A stretch of DNA of 63,765 nucleotides, filler included, from Rhabdomonas costata (GCA_019059605.1; 53 parts of 53 records of this genome joined end to end with filler, not necessarily neighbours in it), one strand, 5' to 3'. Shown: positions 37,023 through 48,205, numbered from the whole stretch's first letter. The notes: generated from the sequence alone by a model not told the origin. Program-made: numbers and translations.

Positions 37023-37670
37023 GTGCTTTTTCATCCTCCACCCCCACCTCCATCCCGTGTGCAGGCCCTGCATGTTGCTCCTGTGGTATGTGGGGTGCAG
37101 CTAATAGCGCATGCCGCAGCGACAGCCGCCATGCCCGCGAGCAGTAGGGTTAGGGGATCCGAAGTTTTAATTCTCTCGAAGTCCCTTGCTGCGTGTATGT
37201 ATGCCCAGGGTCTGCCGGCTGGTGTGTTGTATGTACATATTGTCAGGGTGCCCGCCCCACCNNNNNNNNNNNNNNNNNNNNNNNNNNNNNNNNNNNNNNN
37301 NNNNNTTAATTAATTAANNNNNNNNNNNNNNNNNNNNNNNNNNNNNNNNNNNNNNNNNNNNGTTGTTTTTTGTATTAGAGGTATTTTTTGTCGGCCGGTC
37401 TTCGCGTCGCAGCAGGATAAAGAGTGCCTGTGTTACTTCGATGCGCTAAATGTGCTTTCCGCTCAGGACGGCACTCTTTTTGAAGCGCCGAACAACACTT
37501 GAGGATACCTCAGCCTTCATCCCGTTGGTGTGATGATATCTGTTCCCGAGGCTGTCTCTCGCGCGAATGGGAATGGGGGCTGACTTCACACTGATTCGTC
37601 CAAGCCCCCCCACCTGATGTGATCCGACCGACATGCACTTGACCTCACGAGTTTTCATGCCCTTCTTCAG

Positions 37671-37887
37671 GCCTCCCTCGGGGAACCTTGTGCTTCGGCT
37701 GTTGCGTGCGCTGCGGGACTTTGTGCTGAGCTTCACGGAGTGGCTGTGCTACAGCGCCTTCCTGGCCAACCTACTGGGACGGCCCTCTGGGCTAGCCATG
37801 GTGCTGCCCGCCTCTGCGCTGGCCTACGCCCTGCTCACCACCCCGCGCAGGATGTACTGGGAGCTCGTGCTGGGCTTCACAGAGGCG
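37671..37887 (+). CDS. PIEZO: Piezo-type mechanosensitive channel exon
   Basis: LRLLRALRDFVLSFTEWLCYSAFLANLLGRPSGLAMVLPASALAYALLTTPRRMYWELVLGFTE parallels PIEZO1 LRLLRA...SELLCY...LN......SLVLP......ML..PRP...FW......FTE; CAG| and G|GT boundaries. Confidence 0.82.
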
Positions 37888-38639
37888 GTACATGTGTGTA
37901 TGTGCGCGCGCGCGCTGTCCTTCAGCATAAATGTCTTGCGGTTTAAGTGTGATCCTGCTTTCTTTTCTGCATGTAGGAGACGGGTGCCAACTTAACGTGA
38001 TGATGTGATTGCTGAAGGTCAGGGGCAGGCCTCTGGGCACCCGAGCGTGTGGGAGCGTGGCGTGGTCAATCATGCTTTTTTCGGAATGCCTGAGAGGGTC
38101 TCGAAGTCGGTGCACTGTCATCGTGACTCAATTTCTTGCGCCCCAACCTCACGGGGTTTCATTCAAAATGCTTCGAAATGTTTTTAATGTGAAGCCCTGG
38201 AAGCCTTCGATGACACCTCGGCCTGTCCCTCTATTATTGCACTTCCGCCAGATCGCGAGACCCTGATTGTGAAGTGCCAGATAGGGCGAGCACCAAACTG
38301 TACGGAAAGACGCAGACCAGTGTTAAGGTTGAGGATGGGGATCAGAGCACTTCAAAGCTCGGTAGGCGGAGGCGAGCTCGTGGACCACCAGATCCAGAGG
38401 TGCAAGCGACCAAGGAAAACAGTAAAAAACGGAAATTGCGGAAGTTTCCCTCTGTACCAACCCAAANNNNNNNNNNNNNNNNNNNNNNNNNNNNNNNNNN
38501 NNNNNNNNNNTTAATTAATTAANNNNNNNNNNNNNNNNNNNNNNNNNNNNNNNNNNNNNNNNNNNNGGTGTGGTGGAAACTGCTCATTTTTTGCACGATG
38601 TGGTGTCCGTTTTTTCAGTTCCTCTTACACATCTTATCA

Positions 38640-39660
38640 CGGTTTTGTGGTCTTATGTGGGACCGCCCACATACTTTGAGGACTTCTGCACAAAGAGATT
38701 AGCCGGGTTGGAGATTTTCTTGGATCGGATAGTTTAATTAGACTGTCCGCAAATCTCCTTGCTTCTACTGCGTTTGTTTCTGGGTGCGTGCAAACTTTCC
38801 TACGCGGCACGGACAATCCATTTCGCCTTATTGAGCTCTCTTTGCGCAATTTCTCATACTTTGTTAGCTGTGTCAAAGTCTCGGGTGTCCAATATTGGAT
38901 GATCAGTGGGCTCGAGTCTGCTTCTCACTTTCTTGTGGCGTAATTGGCATCAGTGACCCGCTTTCATGGGTCCTGTGGCCTTTATCTCCGGGGCTCTGTG
39001 TTTTGCTTACGAGGCATCGATAGTGGGGTGGGACAGTGCACTCAAATTCCACTGTTGGTTCAGGAACTCTGCACGACACGTTCAAGCTCATCTCGGGACT
39101 CCTCGGGGACACTCCTCCAGTGGTGTGACTGGATCTCTTCCACCCCTTGGGCCCAAAGAACGCGCCACCATGCTGCTGCAGTCAAAATGGAGAAGACTGC
39201 TGTCCAAACACCGCCTTTGTCTCTGGGACGCCCAAGTTCCGCCACGCGAGCAGTTCCGCAGGCTCTTTCAGGCCCATCTGCATGCCTCGAAATGGATGAG
39301 CGCATCCACCAGTGCCGCACTCGGCATCCTCTTTGCCCCGACGTATTTCCAGCTGATCTGCCGGCGCTGGCTCGGGGTCCCGTTTTTCCCTCCCCAAAAG
39401 CTGCACTATGCCCAGCCTGCGACGTCCATGGAGATACTCACGTGTACCACGTGCTGTGCTGCGCAGCACCGGGCCGGTAGGCGCTACACACGGCAATTGC
39501 TGACGCCATGGTGTACGTTGCCGAAGCGGAGGTATTCACCTGCCTTCTGGAACAAGGCGTTGATCAGTACAGGCAGCGGCCCGTGGACTTACTCATCTTT
39601 GGGTTCGACCGCTGGGTGGACATGGCCGTGGACGCATCCGTGGTGCATCCACGGCCATGT
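38640..39660 (+). mobile_element. Decayed CRE-clade non-LTR retrotransposon: RT C-terminus, CCHC knuckle, restriction-like endonuclease
   Basis: Across shifted frames: LDCPQISLLLLRLFLGACKLSYAART; LDDQWARV...GVIGISDP; ASKWMSA...LG......FQLICRRWLGVP; CPACDVHGDTHVYHVLCC; LHTAIAD; EQGVDQYRQRPVDLLI...AVDASVVHP (RP.D...D RLE motif). Contains internal stops and frameshifts. Confidence 0.88.
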
Positions 39661-40030
39661 CCACCCAACAANNNNNNNNNNNNNNNNNNNNNNNNNNNNN
39701 NNNNNNNNNNNNNNNTTAATTAATTAANNNNNNNNNNNNNNNNNNNNNNNNNNNNNNNNNNNNNNNNNNNNGGACAAGGTACCATGGGCTGACAAGGGTG
39801 TGAGGCCCGATGGGCCCATGCCCCATCGAAAGGTGGGAGCCCAGGGGGGAAGTGGACCTCGAGTCCTCCCCAGAAAAAACTCATCCTTGCCAAGTGCAGT
39901 CGAGAAGGTATGACCGCGGCCTTTCTCGGTCCCTTTCGCATGCCTCAGAGCAGTTTACTCCCGCTATTGCTCGCGCAGTTCACTTATCGCTGTTGGTTTT
40001 GTTCCTGGAGTGTCCAATTTTCCGTTGCAG

Positions 40031-40518
40031 GCCACAGTGCTCTTCTCGGACATCTGCAGCTTCACCGCGCAGACCAACAGCGTCACCGCCAGCGCCTTGC
40101 TGGAGTGGCTGGGGTACACGTTTGGGGTGATGGACCACGTGGCTCGGTACAGTCCCCTCTCACCCCTTACCCGGGTTGTTCGCATTTTTGAAATGTATTT
40201 TTTTTTACAAACAGCGTGTCCTTGTCTGAACTCTTCTATTTAGATTCGTTTTCTGTGTTATGGTTGTCTCCTATAAAAAGATTCGAGCATGTGCAGCTCA
40301 TTGCCACCGACCATCTCATTCGCTCTCGTCGTCGCTCATCTCGCCATTATCGTCAACAGGTATTACAGGGTGTACAAGGTGAAGACCATTGGGGACGCCT
40401 ACTTCGCGATCTGTGGGCCCGCGTGCCTGATGGAGGACGACGGCGCCGACGAGCGGCATGGCAGCCCTACCCTGCGGATGCTTCGGTTCGCGTCGGACTG
40501 CGCGCAGATCTTCTCGGG
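40031..40518 (+). CDS. Class III adenylyl cyclase catalytic domain, exons 40031-40146 and 40360-40518
   Basis: ATVLFSDICSFT...R|YYRVYKVKTIGDAYFAICG has both metal-binding Asp residues and Lys at the ATP-specifying position; GT-AG intron. Confidence 0.93.
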
Positions 40519-41004
40519 GTGTGTGGAGTCATGTGCTGTGCATTGTTATTTTCGTGGCCTCAGCCTGTAGGAAGGTTTTCTTTTGCTGAAACAGACGAGA
40601 GATGGTCTCGGCGTCGTCACAGCCATAGCCCCTGGACCCTGGACCCAGCTGGTAGATGCCCTGGCTGAAGTCTGCTGTTGGCGGCCTGCCTTCATCCGGG
40701 CTGCGCCACAACGTAAACCCCGAAAATGTTTGGAGCTTCTTCAAAAATACCTCTTTAAAAGGCTTTTTCTTCTTCTTTTTTTTTTAAAAAAAAATAAATA
40801 TATAGCAGGCTACACCGTAAATGGAGAGTTTACACAAGCCCAAGCCTACTCGGCATAAAAACATGCCAAAAACCCCNNNNNNNNNNNNNNNNNNNNNNNN
40901 NNNNNNNNNNNNNNNNNNNNTTAATTAATTAANNNNNNNNNNNNNNNNNNNNNNNNNNNNNNNNNNNNNNNNNNNNTTTTGGTGTTATAATTATATATAA
41001 TAAT

Positions 41005-41310
41005 AATAGCAAAAATTGAAAAGATAAAGATACGCACGATGATAAATATGTTCATTGTTCAAAAGATCAAACACAATATGGCAATTTTTATTTTCATAAA
41101 CATAACAATGGTTCATACAAAAATGGAACTTTCAAAGGTGTTGATATCGTTTTAGGAAATTAAAATTTATATTGTGGTGTACTTATGCGTTCAATATCTA
41201 CATATACATATACAGATATATATATGCAGGACATATATATACAGGACCCCGTATTGGTTTATCGCACAAGTACATATTGTACAATGATAAACAATATAAA
41301 CATTCACCTC
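41005..41310 (+). pseudogene. Broken 3-methyladenine (methylpurine) DNA glycosylase-like gene of the type seen in giant viruses, inside an AT-rich island
   Basis: From 41023: DKDTHDDKYVHCSKDQTQYGNFYFHKHNNGSYKNGTFKGVDIVLGN*NLYCGVLMRSI (TAA at 41161), then in another frame IYTGPRIGLSHKY. This fits H.D.Y.H....Q...G.FYFH....SYK.GTFKG.DI..G....G.L.RS and PRIGL. Confidence 0.7.
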
Positions 41311-41725
41311 ATGCTGGAACATTGGAAATTTTATTTGATTTTATAAATCTTGGTGGTATCATTTTTATTTAATTTATTTGAATTTATTTTTAATGAAAAT
41401 ATATATGAATATGAATGAATTCGTGAATACAATTTAATGCATTGTGAACATGTGTATCTGCAAATGAATATAAATTATTTGTTAGTTTGTTCGATTTTTT
41501 AATATTATTATGTCTCAAAAAATAAATTTATATTGTCCACCATTTCTTCATATGCATTAGGATTAAAAAATATGAAGATGAATATGAATATGAATTGTTT
41601 ATTTTATTTTAAGATAAATGTATATGTTCATTACATTACATTCATATTTTTTTGGATTATGGAATTAATGCTTCTTTACTTAAATATTTTAAAGCAAAGA
41701 ACACAAATATATATAAGTAAGAAAG

Positions 41726-41783
41726 CAATGCCCGCACATTCAATGCCCGCACATTCAGCGCCCACGCATTCAGCGCCCGCACA
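41726..41783 (+). repeat. 15-bp minisatellite x4 at the AT-rich/host-like junction
   Basis: CA(AT/GC)GCCC(G/A)C(A/G)CATT units start at 41726, 41741, 41756 and 41771. Confidence 0.9.
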
Positions 41784-42334
41784 GCGGCAAAAGTCTAGCA
41801 CCGTCTTTTTTGGGGCTGTTCCTCGCCGTCATCACTTCGGGGCCTTGGTCCCATCTCTCTTTCGATTTCGTATTTGGTGGTGGGAACGTAACCGGTTTTT
41901 TGAGTCGCGCCCAATCCAAATTTTGGTATGGCTCGTAACCGTATGATAACAACCACGGTATGTTCTCCGCATTCATGCTTGAAAGAGGAGGCAGAGGGTT
42001 GGTTGTACTTGGGACTGCATCCAAACTTGAGACTTGAGACCAACATGGGCCATCAGAGGAAGACGAACCGTCAGTGTCCATNNNNNNNNNNNNNNNNNNN
42101 NNNNNNNNNNNNNNNNNNNNNNNNNTTAATTAATTAANNNNNNNNNNNNNNNNNNNNNNNNNNNNNNNNNNNNNNNNNNNNCAAAGAAAAAGCAAAGAAA
42201 AAGCAAAATGTGTGTGTGCAAGAGAACTGAAGCAAAAATCTCCAACAATTCAATTTTCCGATCAATTGTTGTCTGAAAAAGAAAAACGAAAAATTTCGGG
42301 TGCGAATTTTTGGAGATCCCTGGTCAAAGGCAAC

Positions 42335-42535
42335 CTCAGAGGCCACTCTAATGCGCAGCTGAAGCTTGGGGTAGGTCGCTGCCTCATCGAAGGGGTTGGT
42401 GTTTTGCTCCAGCCAGTTCAGTCTATCCAGGTCGGTGGCCACAGCGCGGCGGAACACCAGACCCGAGGGGGCGGCACCATCCCTGTGGCGATCCGCTATG
42501 TTCGAGGCCTTGCCCTCTTTCCCCTCCACTTCCAT
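42335..42535 (-). CDS. GNAT-family N-acetyltransferase (PAA1-like), first coding exon
   Basis: FRRAVATDLDRLNWLEQNTNPFDEAATYPKLQLRI fits R.....D......LE....P..EAA....L..R; CAG directly before the ATG and a GAG|GT donor. Confidence 0.7.
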
Positions 42536-43906
42536 CTGGCTCAATAGCCCGAGCAAACTTATCTCAGAAAGAAATACTAGCCTGCGATGCAAACTTGCAA
42601 CACAATGCGCGCTGCCCAACCTGAGCTGAGCGGTGCGGGCCTTTCACAAACGGGTTTGCCCCCATCTTTTTGCAGTTAAGCGCGCCAAAAAGTTGCCGTA
42701 TTTACCGTGCCACAATAACAAATGTGCCCCCTGCTCCATTTCCGTCAAGGAGCAATGCAAACCTCACCAGTTAACCCTGCGGGGGGTCGTAGTTCACATG
42801 TCTCATAATCTGGAAATTGATGAATCTATAGGGGCTTGAAACGTGGACCACTTGCAAAATTTGTGACATACCTTGACACCAGCGGCTTTGCCTTGCATAC
42901 AAAACCCATCTGCCTCAAGGATGTTACGCGACCCCCATTTCTTCGCAACCGTTCTGCATGAGATTCCGACGGAAATTTTGCATCAGGTTACAAGTTGCTT
43001 AACGTGTCCCCTGGGGGTTCCACCCGAAAAAAAAATGAAAAAATATTGAAAATTTTGTTCTCCCAGCAAAAAACACGTGAGGGGGTCATCTAGAGGCCTC
43101 CCAAATTTCGCGGTGGTGATCCTTTTCACTCCCAATGCCACAACGAAGCAAATGAAACATAGACTGATCAGGGAATCCAGCACTCACAGCGTGAAAGCAC
43201 AACCCAGTGAGTCCGAGCAGAAGCGAGTGAACCGAGTGAAGTTCACTCTGCGGCGCCGAAGCAGTCCGTAATCAGCCCACACCCCCNNNNNNNNNNNNNN
43301 NNNNNNNNNNNNNNNNNNNNNNNNNNNNNNTTAATTAATTAANNNNNNNNNNNNNNNNNNNNNNNNNNNNNNNNNNNNNNNNNNNNGGGGGGGTTGTGAA
43401 CCACCTTGGATCTCTCACACTCCCGAGCCTGCAAAGTGCACGTCCAGGATCTGCGAGCGGGCAGGGCGTCCTTCGCTGGGGGTAGTCTCTGCATGGTTGC
43501 AGAGTACTCGCCAATCGAGGGCAGTGGTGGTTTGGGTGGTCTGCAATGGTTTACCGTTGAGTGCACGCCGTCTTCCGAGGCTGGCTCGTGCGAGTCAGAC
43601 TCTGAACGCAGACAAAAACCAGGTGGCCTGAACTTCGAGGACACAGATATATGGACTTAGGGTGCTAACGTGCTAACGTGCCACCTGTAGCGCACCTGCT
43701 ATCGGCAGGACAGCACTTCAGTAGGAAAGTTTCCCCAATTCAGGATACTCTGAACGCACGTTGAGGGCAACCGAACTCAAGCCTTTAGAATGCCATAATA
43801 CTCTTCCTACTTGGGAAATACGCCAGTTTATGCTCAGGTCAGGTTGCCTCGGATCTCGTTCCGGTACTGGGCATGCTCCTCTCCGGCACAATGTTTATTT
43901 TTGCAG

Positions 43907-44028
43907 TTGTGTACCATGCCGAGATGGGTTCCCCGCTGCCTCCACTGTCCGAAGACGAGCTCGTGGTGTGCCACTGGCGCCGCGTGCCACGGTCTGAGCT
44001 CCGCCGCCTCGCCGAAGCCTTCGAGCTG
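43907..44028 (+). CDS. Exon of an unknown protein (possibly the start of a cNMP-binding domain)
   Basis: TTTTTGCAG| acceptor; VYHAEMGSPLPPLSEDELVVCHWRRVPRSELRRLAEAFEL, after which the sequence becomes TG-rich and intron-like. Confidence 0.4.
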
Positions 44029-46021
44029 GCATGCCTGTGTCTGTTTGTGTGTCTTTTAGCTGTTTGCATTGAGCTGCGTGAGACCTGTGTTGTGACGAGT
44101 GTTTCCTTCAAATAGGCGAACAAACCAAAGACATGATCATGTTCTCTTTTGTGTTCCATCAATAAGCAGAGGCCCATCTCTGCATCCTTGCACAATCAGG
44201 CAGTGCTCCTCCCCACCATAACCAATATACAATGTGCGGTGGGCAGGCACACCGCCGTGCGCGGTGGTCAGGAAGTCGTCGAACCAGCCACCGCCACATT
44301 CTTTCGTTGACAGCGGAAGCGAGGGAGCCACTGCTGGGGCCTTCAGTTGGTACTTAAAACCTTTACACTTCTCAACTTCAAAAAGTTTCTGCGTTCTTGC
44401 ATTTGAAGCGAATGTTGGTGGTCTCTTTCCACCGATTTGGTCCCAAGGAAGCGTTGCATTCTGACAGGATTGAAGGAAGGACACCAAAACCNNNNNNNNN
44501 NNNNNNNNNNNNNNNNNNNNNNNNNNNNNNNNNNNTTAATTAATTAANNNNNNNNNNNNNNNNNNNNNNNNNNNNNNNNNNNNNNNNNNNNTGTTTTTGT
44601 GAAGTTTGTAATCAGTATCTCGGTTTTTGCATTGTTTTTGTTTAGATGAAGACAAAGTTTGATGATGCGGGAGATCAGCAGGGTTTCTTCTATGTAGCCG
44701 GCTGTTGTTTTAAACCATTTAAAGTGAGTGGGCGGCAGTTACGTTTTTCGAAATTTATGCACAAATTCCAACACAGCAGAGCACTCGTTTCTGACTTCCT
44801 TCCTTTATCAACCTGCCTTTTGTCTTTCAAACATTTACACTATATAGAAAAAACCATTTACTTAAGGACGGAGGCATTTTGGTTCACGTGCATTTGCTTT
44901 TTGCTACTGCGTTTTTGGTCAAGTACCTCGGTCCCGACAAAACCAGAGACAGATATGTTTTGAACATCATTCTCGGAAAAAGCTTTAAACAATCTTGTTG
45001 TGAGATTTTTTTATAGGGCTTCTATAAAGAGCGCTTGGTTTCACGGGCAAGGTGTTTACAGATTTAACTATGTAAGCAAACGCCCTTCGAGGGAAAGATG
45101 TTTTCGTCTCGCTTTTTTTATGTTGTAGAAGTCCCCGTATTCAGAAGGGAAGGCATCACCACATCTATTGGTTGATTTGATTAGTTTATTAGCGCATAGT
45201 CCTGTTTGGCAAAACAAAACACACGTCCATTTTTGGGCCGCTTTGGGCGCCGTTCGAAAGCAAACGAACCACTGACTTACGTTGTGTCCGCGCGGAAGCG
45301 GCTTTTATAAAAACGGCGTGCCAGAACGATGTGTTTAATGATTTTGCCCAATTATGGTGTCGTTTTCAAAGGCGGCATTGGGAGAATAAATTTAACGGCG
45401 TTGCCATGGGCAAAGGCCCCAAATGGGGGCCAAGAGAAATTCGAAGTTCAAAGGGCACCGAAATGAAAGGGGCTTGAAACGAAAACGAGAAGCCACCGCA
45501 AGGGGCACTAACATGATTTAAGAACATAGGTTTGACGTGGGCAGGACAAGGAACCTGGACACACTTGGGGCGAGAGTTGTTTTAAAAAAGCGGTATTTTT
45601 GAAGCTTTTAAAGGTCGAAAGCACCCGGGACATATCATAAAGTTTCGGAATAAACATCACCCAAAACCGCGCCCCCCAGCGGTTGCCCCCAACAACNNNN
45701 NNNNNNNNNNNNNNNNNNNNNNNNNNNNNNNNNNNNNNNNTTAATTAATTAANNNNNNNNNNNNNNNNNNNNNNNNNNNNNNNNNNNNNNNNNNNNCCCC
45801 GTTTTTTTTCCGCTGCCCTCTTCACAGCTCGATTCCCCCATTGGGTGTGCCGCTGTGATTGCGGTCCCATTCTGTGCTGTCGTTTGCAGAACGGAGGTGT
45901 GTGGGAGCGGTGGTTCTCTCCGCGGCCCTCCAGCCCTTTTCACATTTGTGCCGAGAAGGAACGCCTTTGCAGGCCGCGCAAGAAGAGGAGGTCAGGGGGA
46001 GCTTCATTAGGGCCTTGCGCA

Positions 46022-46880
46022 ATGTTTCGGAGAAAAGGGGGGAGCTCCCAAGAGGCCGCCGCCTCTGCTTCGGAAGGGGCATCTTCTGCGGAGGATGAGG
46101 TGATGCCGGCGCAGTCCTCCCCTTCCCCGCCGACGGCGCCCTCGGAGCTAGCCAGGGCGGGGTCGAAGGGCGAGGGCGAGGACAAGGCTTTTGGGCAGCT
46201 CGAGGCGGAGCGTTTGCGACAGATCCTCCCCGTGGTGAAAGCCAAGGAGGACGAGGTACTTACTCACTCAGTCAAACAGGCACCCACGTTTTCATTCTTC
46301 CATGGACCGCAAGGACCGTAAAAGTTAAAAAGTACGTCCTCAGTTGGGTAGTCTGCGACCAATGCACGGTGCTTTGTCCGTCCTGGCGGTAGGGTCAAAA
46401 GTTGTCCCAACCCCTACCACGAGTCGAATGAACACTTACGTACGCTTATTTCGCCGTCTATGTGCGTTTATTTAGATAGCTGAGAGCTTTTAGGGGGAGT
46501 TGGCACTATTCACAAAAGTAAGTCTGGGGGGAGTTGGCACTATTCACAAAAGGAAGTCTGGAGCACAGATTTGTACGGATGGAAACTTGATTCTTCCCGT
46601 TGCTGTGCTGTCGCGACACTCCAAGGAAAACGTGACCCCCACCATTGAAATGTGTTTTGCAAAAAAAATAATCGTCCATAATTTTTCAAAACCTTCCCAC
46701 ATTCCGTTGTTCACGACCTTGTCAGAGTCTCTGCATCCCGCGCTGTTGAAATGGGTGTGTGACAGCCTGCTTGACCTGCTTGACCACAATTGTACCGGAA
46801 CGCGGCGATTGAACCTTTCCCTCCTCTGGTTCTCTGTTGCCCATTACATTGTCTTCTGCTTCGCACCCCCAGTTTATGAG
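46022..46880 (+). CDS. 5' exons (46022-46255 and an 8-nt micro-exon 46873-46880) of a possible globin-sensor protein
   Basis: ATG...EAERLRQILPVVKAKEDE|GTACT, then a long pyrimidine tract, CCCCAG|TTTATGAG|GTGAGT. The globin assignment is tentative. Confidence 0.45.
46493..46561 (+). repeat. ~33-bp tandem duplication inside an intron
   Basis: GGGGGAGTTGGCACTATTCACAAAAG(T/G)AAGTCTG x2. Confidence 0.9.
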
Positions 46881-47047
46881 GTGAGTGTAATACCACAAAA
46901 ANNNNNNNNNNNNNNNNNNNNNNNNNNNNNNNNNNNNNNNNNNNNTTAATTAATTAANNNNNNNNNNNNNNNNNNNNNNNNNNNNNNNNNNNNNNNNNNN
47001 NGGTTGGGTGGCCGGCCCTATGGAAGCTTTTTTTTTGGGGGAGGGGG

Positions 47048-47074
47048 GTAACGGTTACCACTGGTAACCGTTAC
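47048..47074. repeat. Perfect palindrome (13-bp arms, 1-nt spacer)
   Basis: GTAACGGTTACCA-C-TGGTAACCGTTAC. Confidence 0.95.
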
Positions 47075-48205
47075 GGGTGGTAACAATAAACTGTCTTAAA
47101 GTTTTGCTAAATTAACTTGACAACGGTTAGGCAAAACATGCCAGCACTCGAAATGACTTTATTTTTGTTTAAGGGGGTTAGGTATACTTTGCAAGCCTCC
47201 CTAAGTGAGTGTTTTCGCACAGCAACTGAAAAGTACTGCTGGCTAAGGACTCGACAATAGCTGGGAATTGGCTGGATGAATGGGACAGTGTTGGTTTAGG
47301 GGCTGGGGCGGGAACGTGGCCTGGGGACGTGAAGAATTTTGAAAATGTGCTCCAATGGAACGAATTGTTTGTTACCCGTGATAACCACACCCAAAGTACG
47401 AGCCGTCGTGAACTCAGTGTGAGAGAGCTGGGGAGAGGCGCACGCGCAAAGCCGTTGCGGCCAAGGGAAAGAGGAAGAGGGTGACGGAGAGGGGACGCGG
47501 GCACACCGACGTGACTGTGGAGAGGTGCAGACCACGAGGCGGTAAGCTGAGAAACAACACCACGCGCCAAAGGAAGGAGTGAAAAGGACTTGGGTCCCTA
47601 GGACTTGCGTCCCTAAAAGCTCTGATGACGATGTGAATATGCTCCATTGGTGGAGAGCCGCAAACCACAAAAAGGTATAAAAATATAGCTACCTCTCCGT
47701 GCTGGAGCCTGGGGGTGTGGTAACCATTTTTATGGCCGTCCACAGAAACTGACCAACTATAAACTGACACCCTGGGTGTATATGACAGAAATTTATGGCA
47801 CTGGGCATCACTACAGCACCCCAGGTAACATCACCGCCTCTGCCCCCCTGTACTTCACCTTCTGCCGCGCTCGTTTGCTCACCAGCCGATTATTTTTTAC
47901 GCGGGGGAGGGCTGAGCATTTTCTCACACTTCCGAAAAGCCTGGATCAGTCTTAAAATGTCAGCGAAACGGAAATTCTTGGAACCACATGAACGGGAAGA
48001 CAAAACCACTCGGAACGACACGGAACAACAGACGCAACTAAGGTTCTGGACTACATAGCAACTAAGGTTCCCCTCAAAAAGCAAGGTTTTCATGCAAGGG
48101 CACTTNNNNNNNNNNNNNNNNNNNNNNNNNNNNNNNNNNNNNNNNNNNNTTAATTAATTAANNNNNNNNNNNNNNNNNNNNNNNNNNNNNNNNNNNNNNN
48201 NNNNN

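Noticed and set aside
40977-41725. AT-rich segment as mitochondrial DNA
   Set aside because: No cox, cob, nad or rRNA motifs; the peptide is soluble and glycosylase-like.
38567-42081. Apparent cluster of retrotransposon, cyclase and virus-like gene
   Set aside because: They are separate contigs placed side by side by concatenation, so there is no synteny information.
45820-45850. GCTCGATTCCC as a tRNA T-arm (also GTTCGAATC near 20246)
   Set aside because: No acceptor, D or anticodon stems can be formed. I found no convincing tRNA, rRNA, snoRNA or SL RNA gene in the window.
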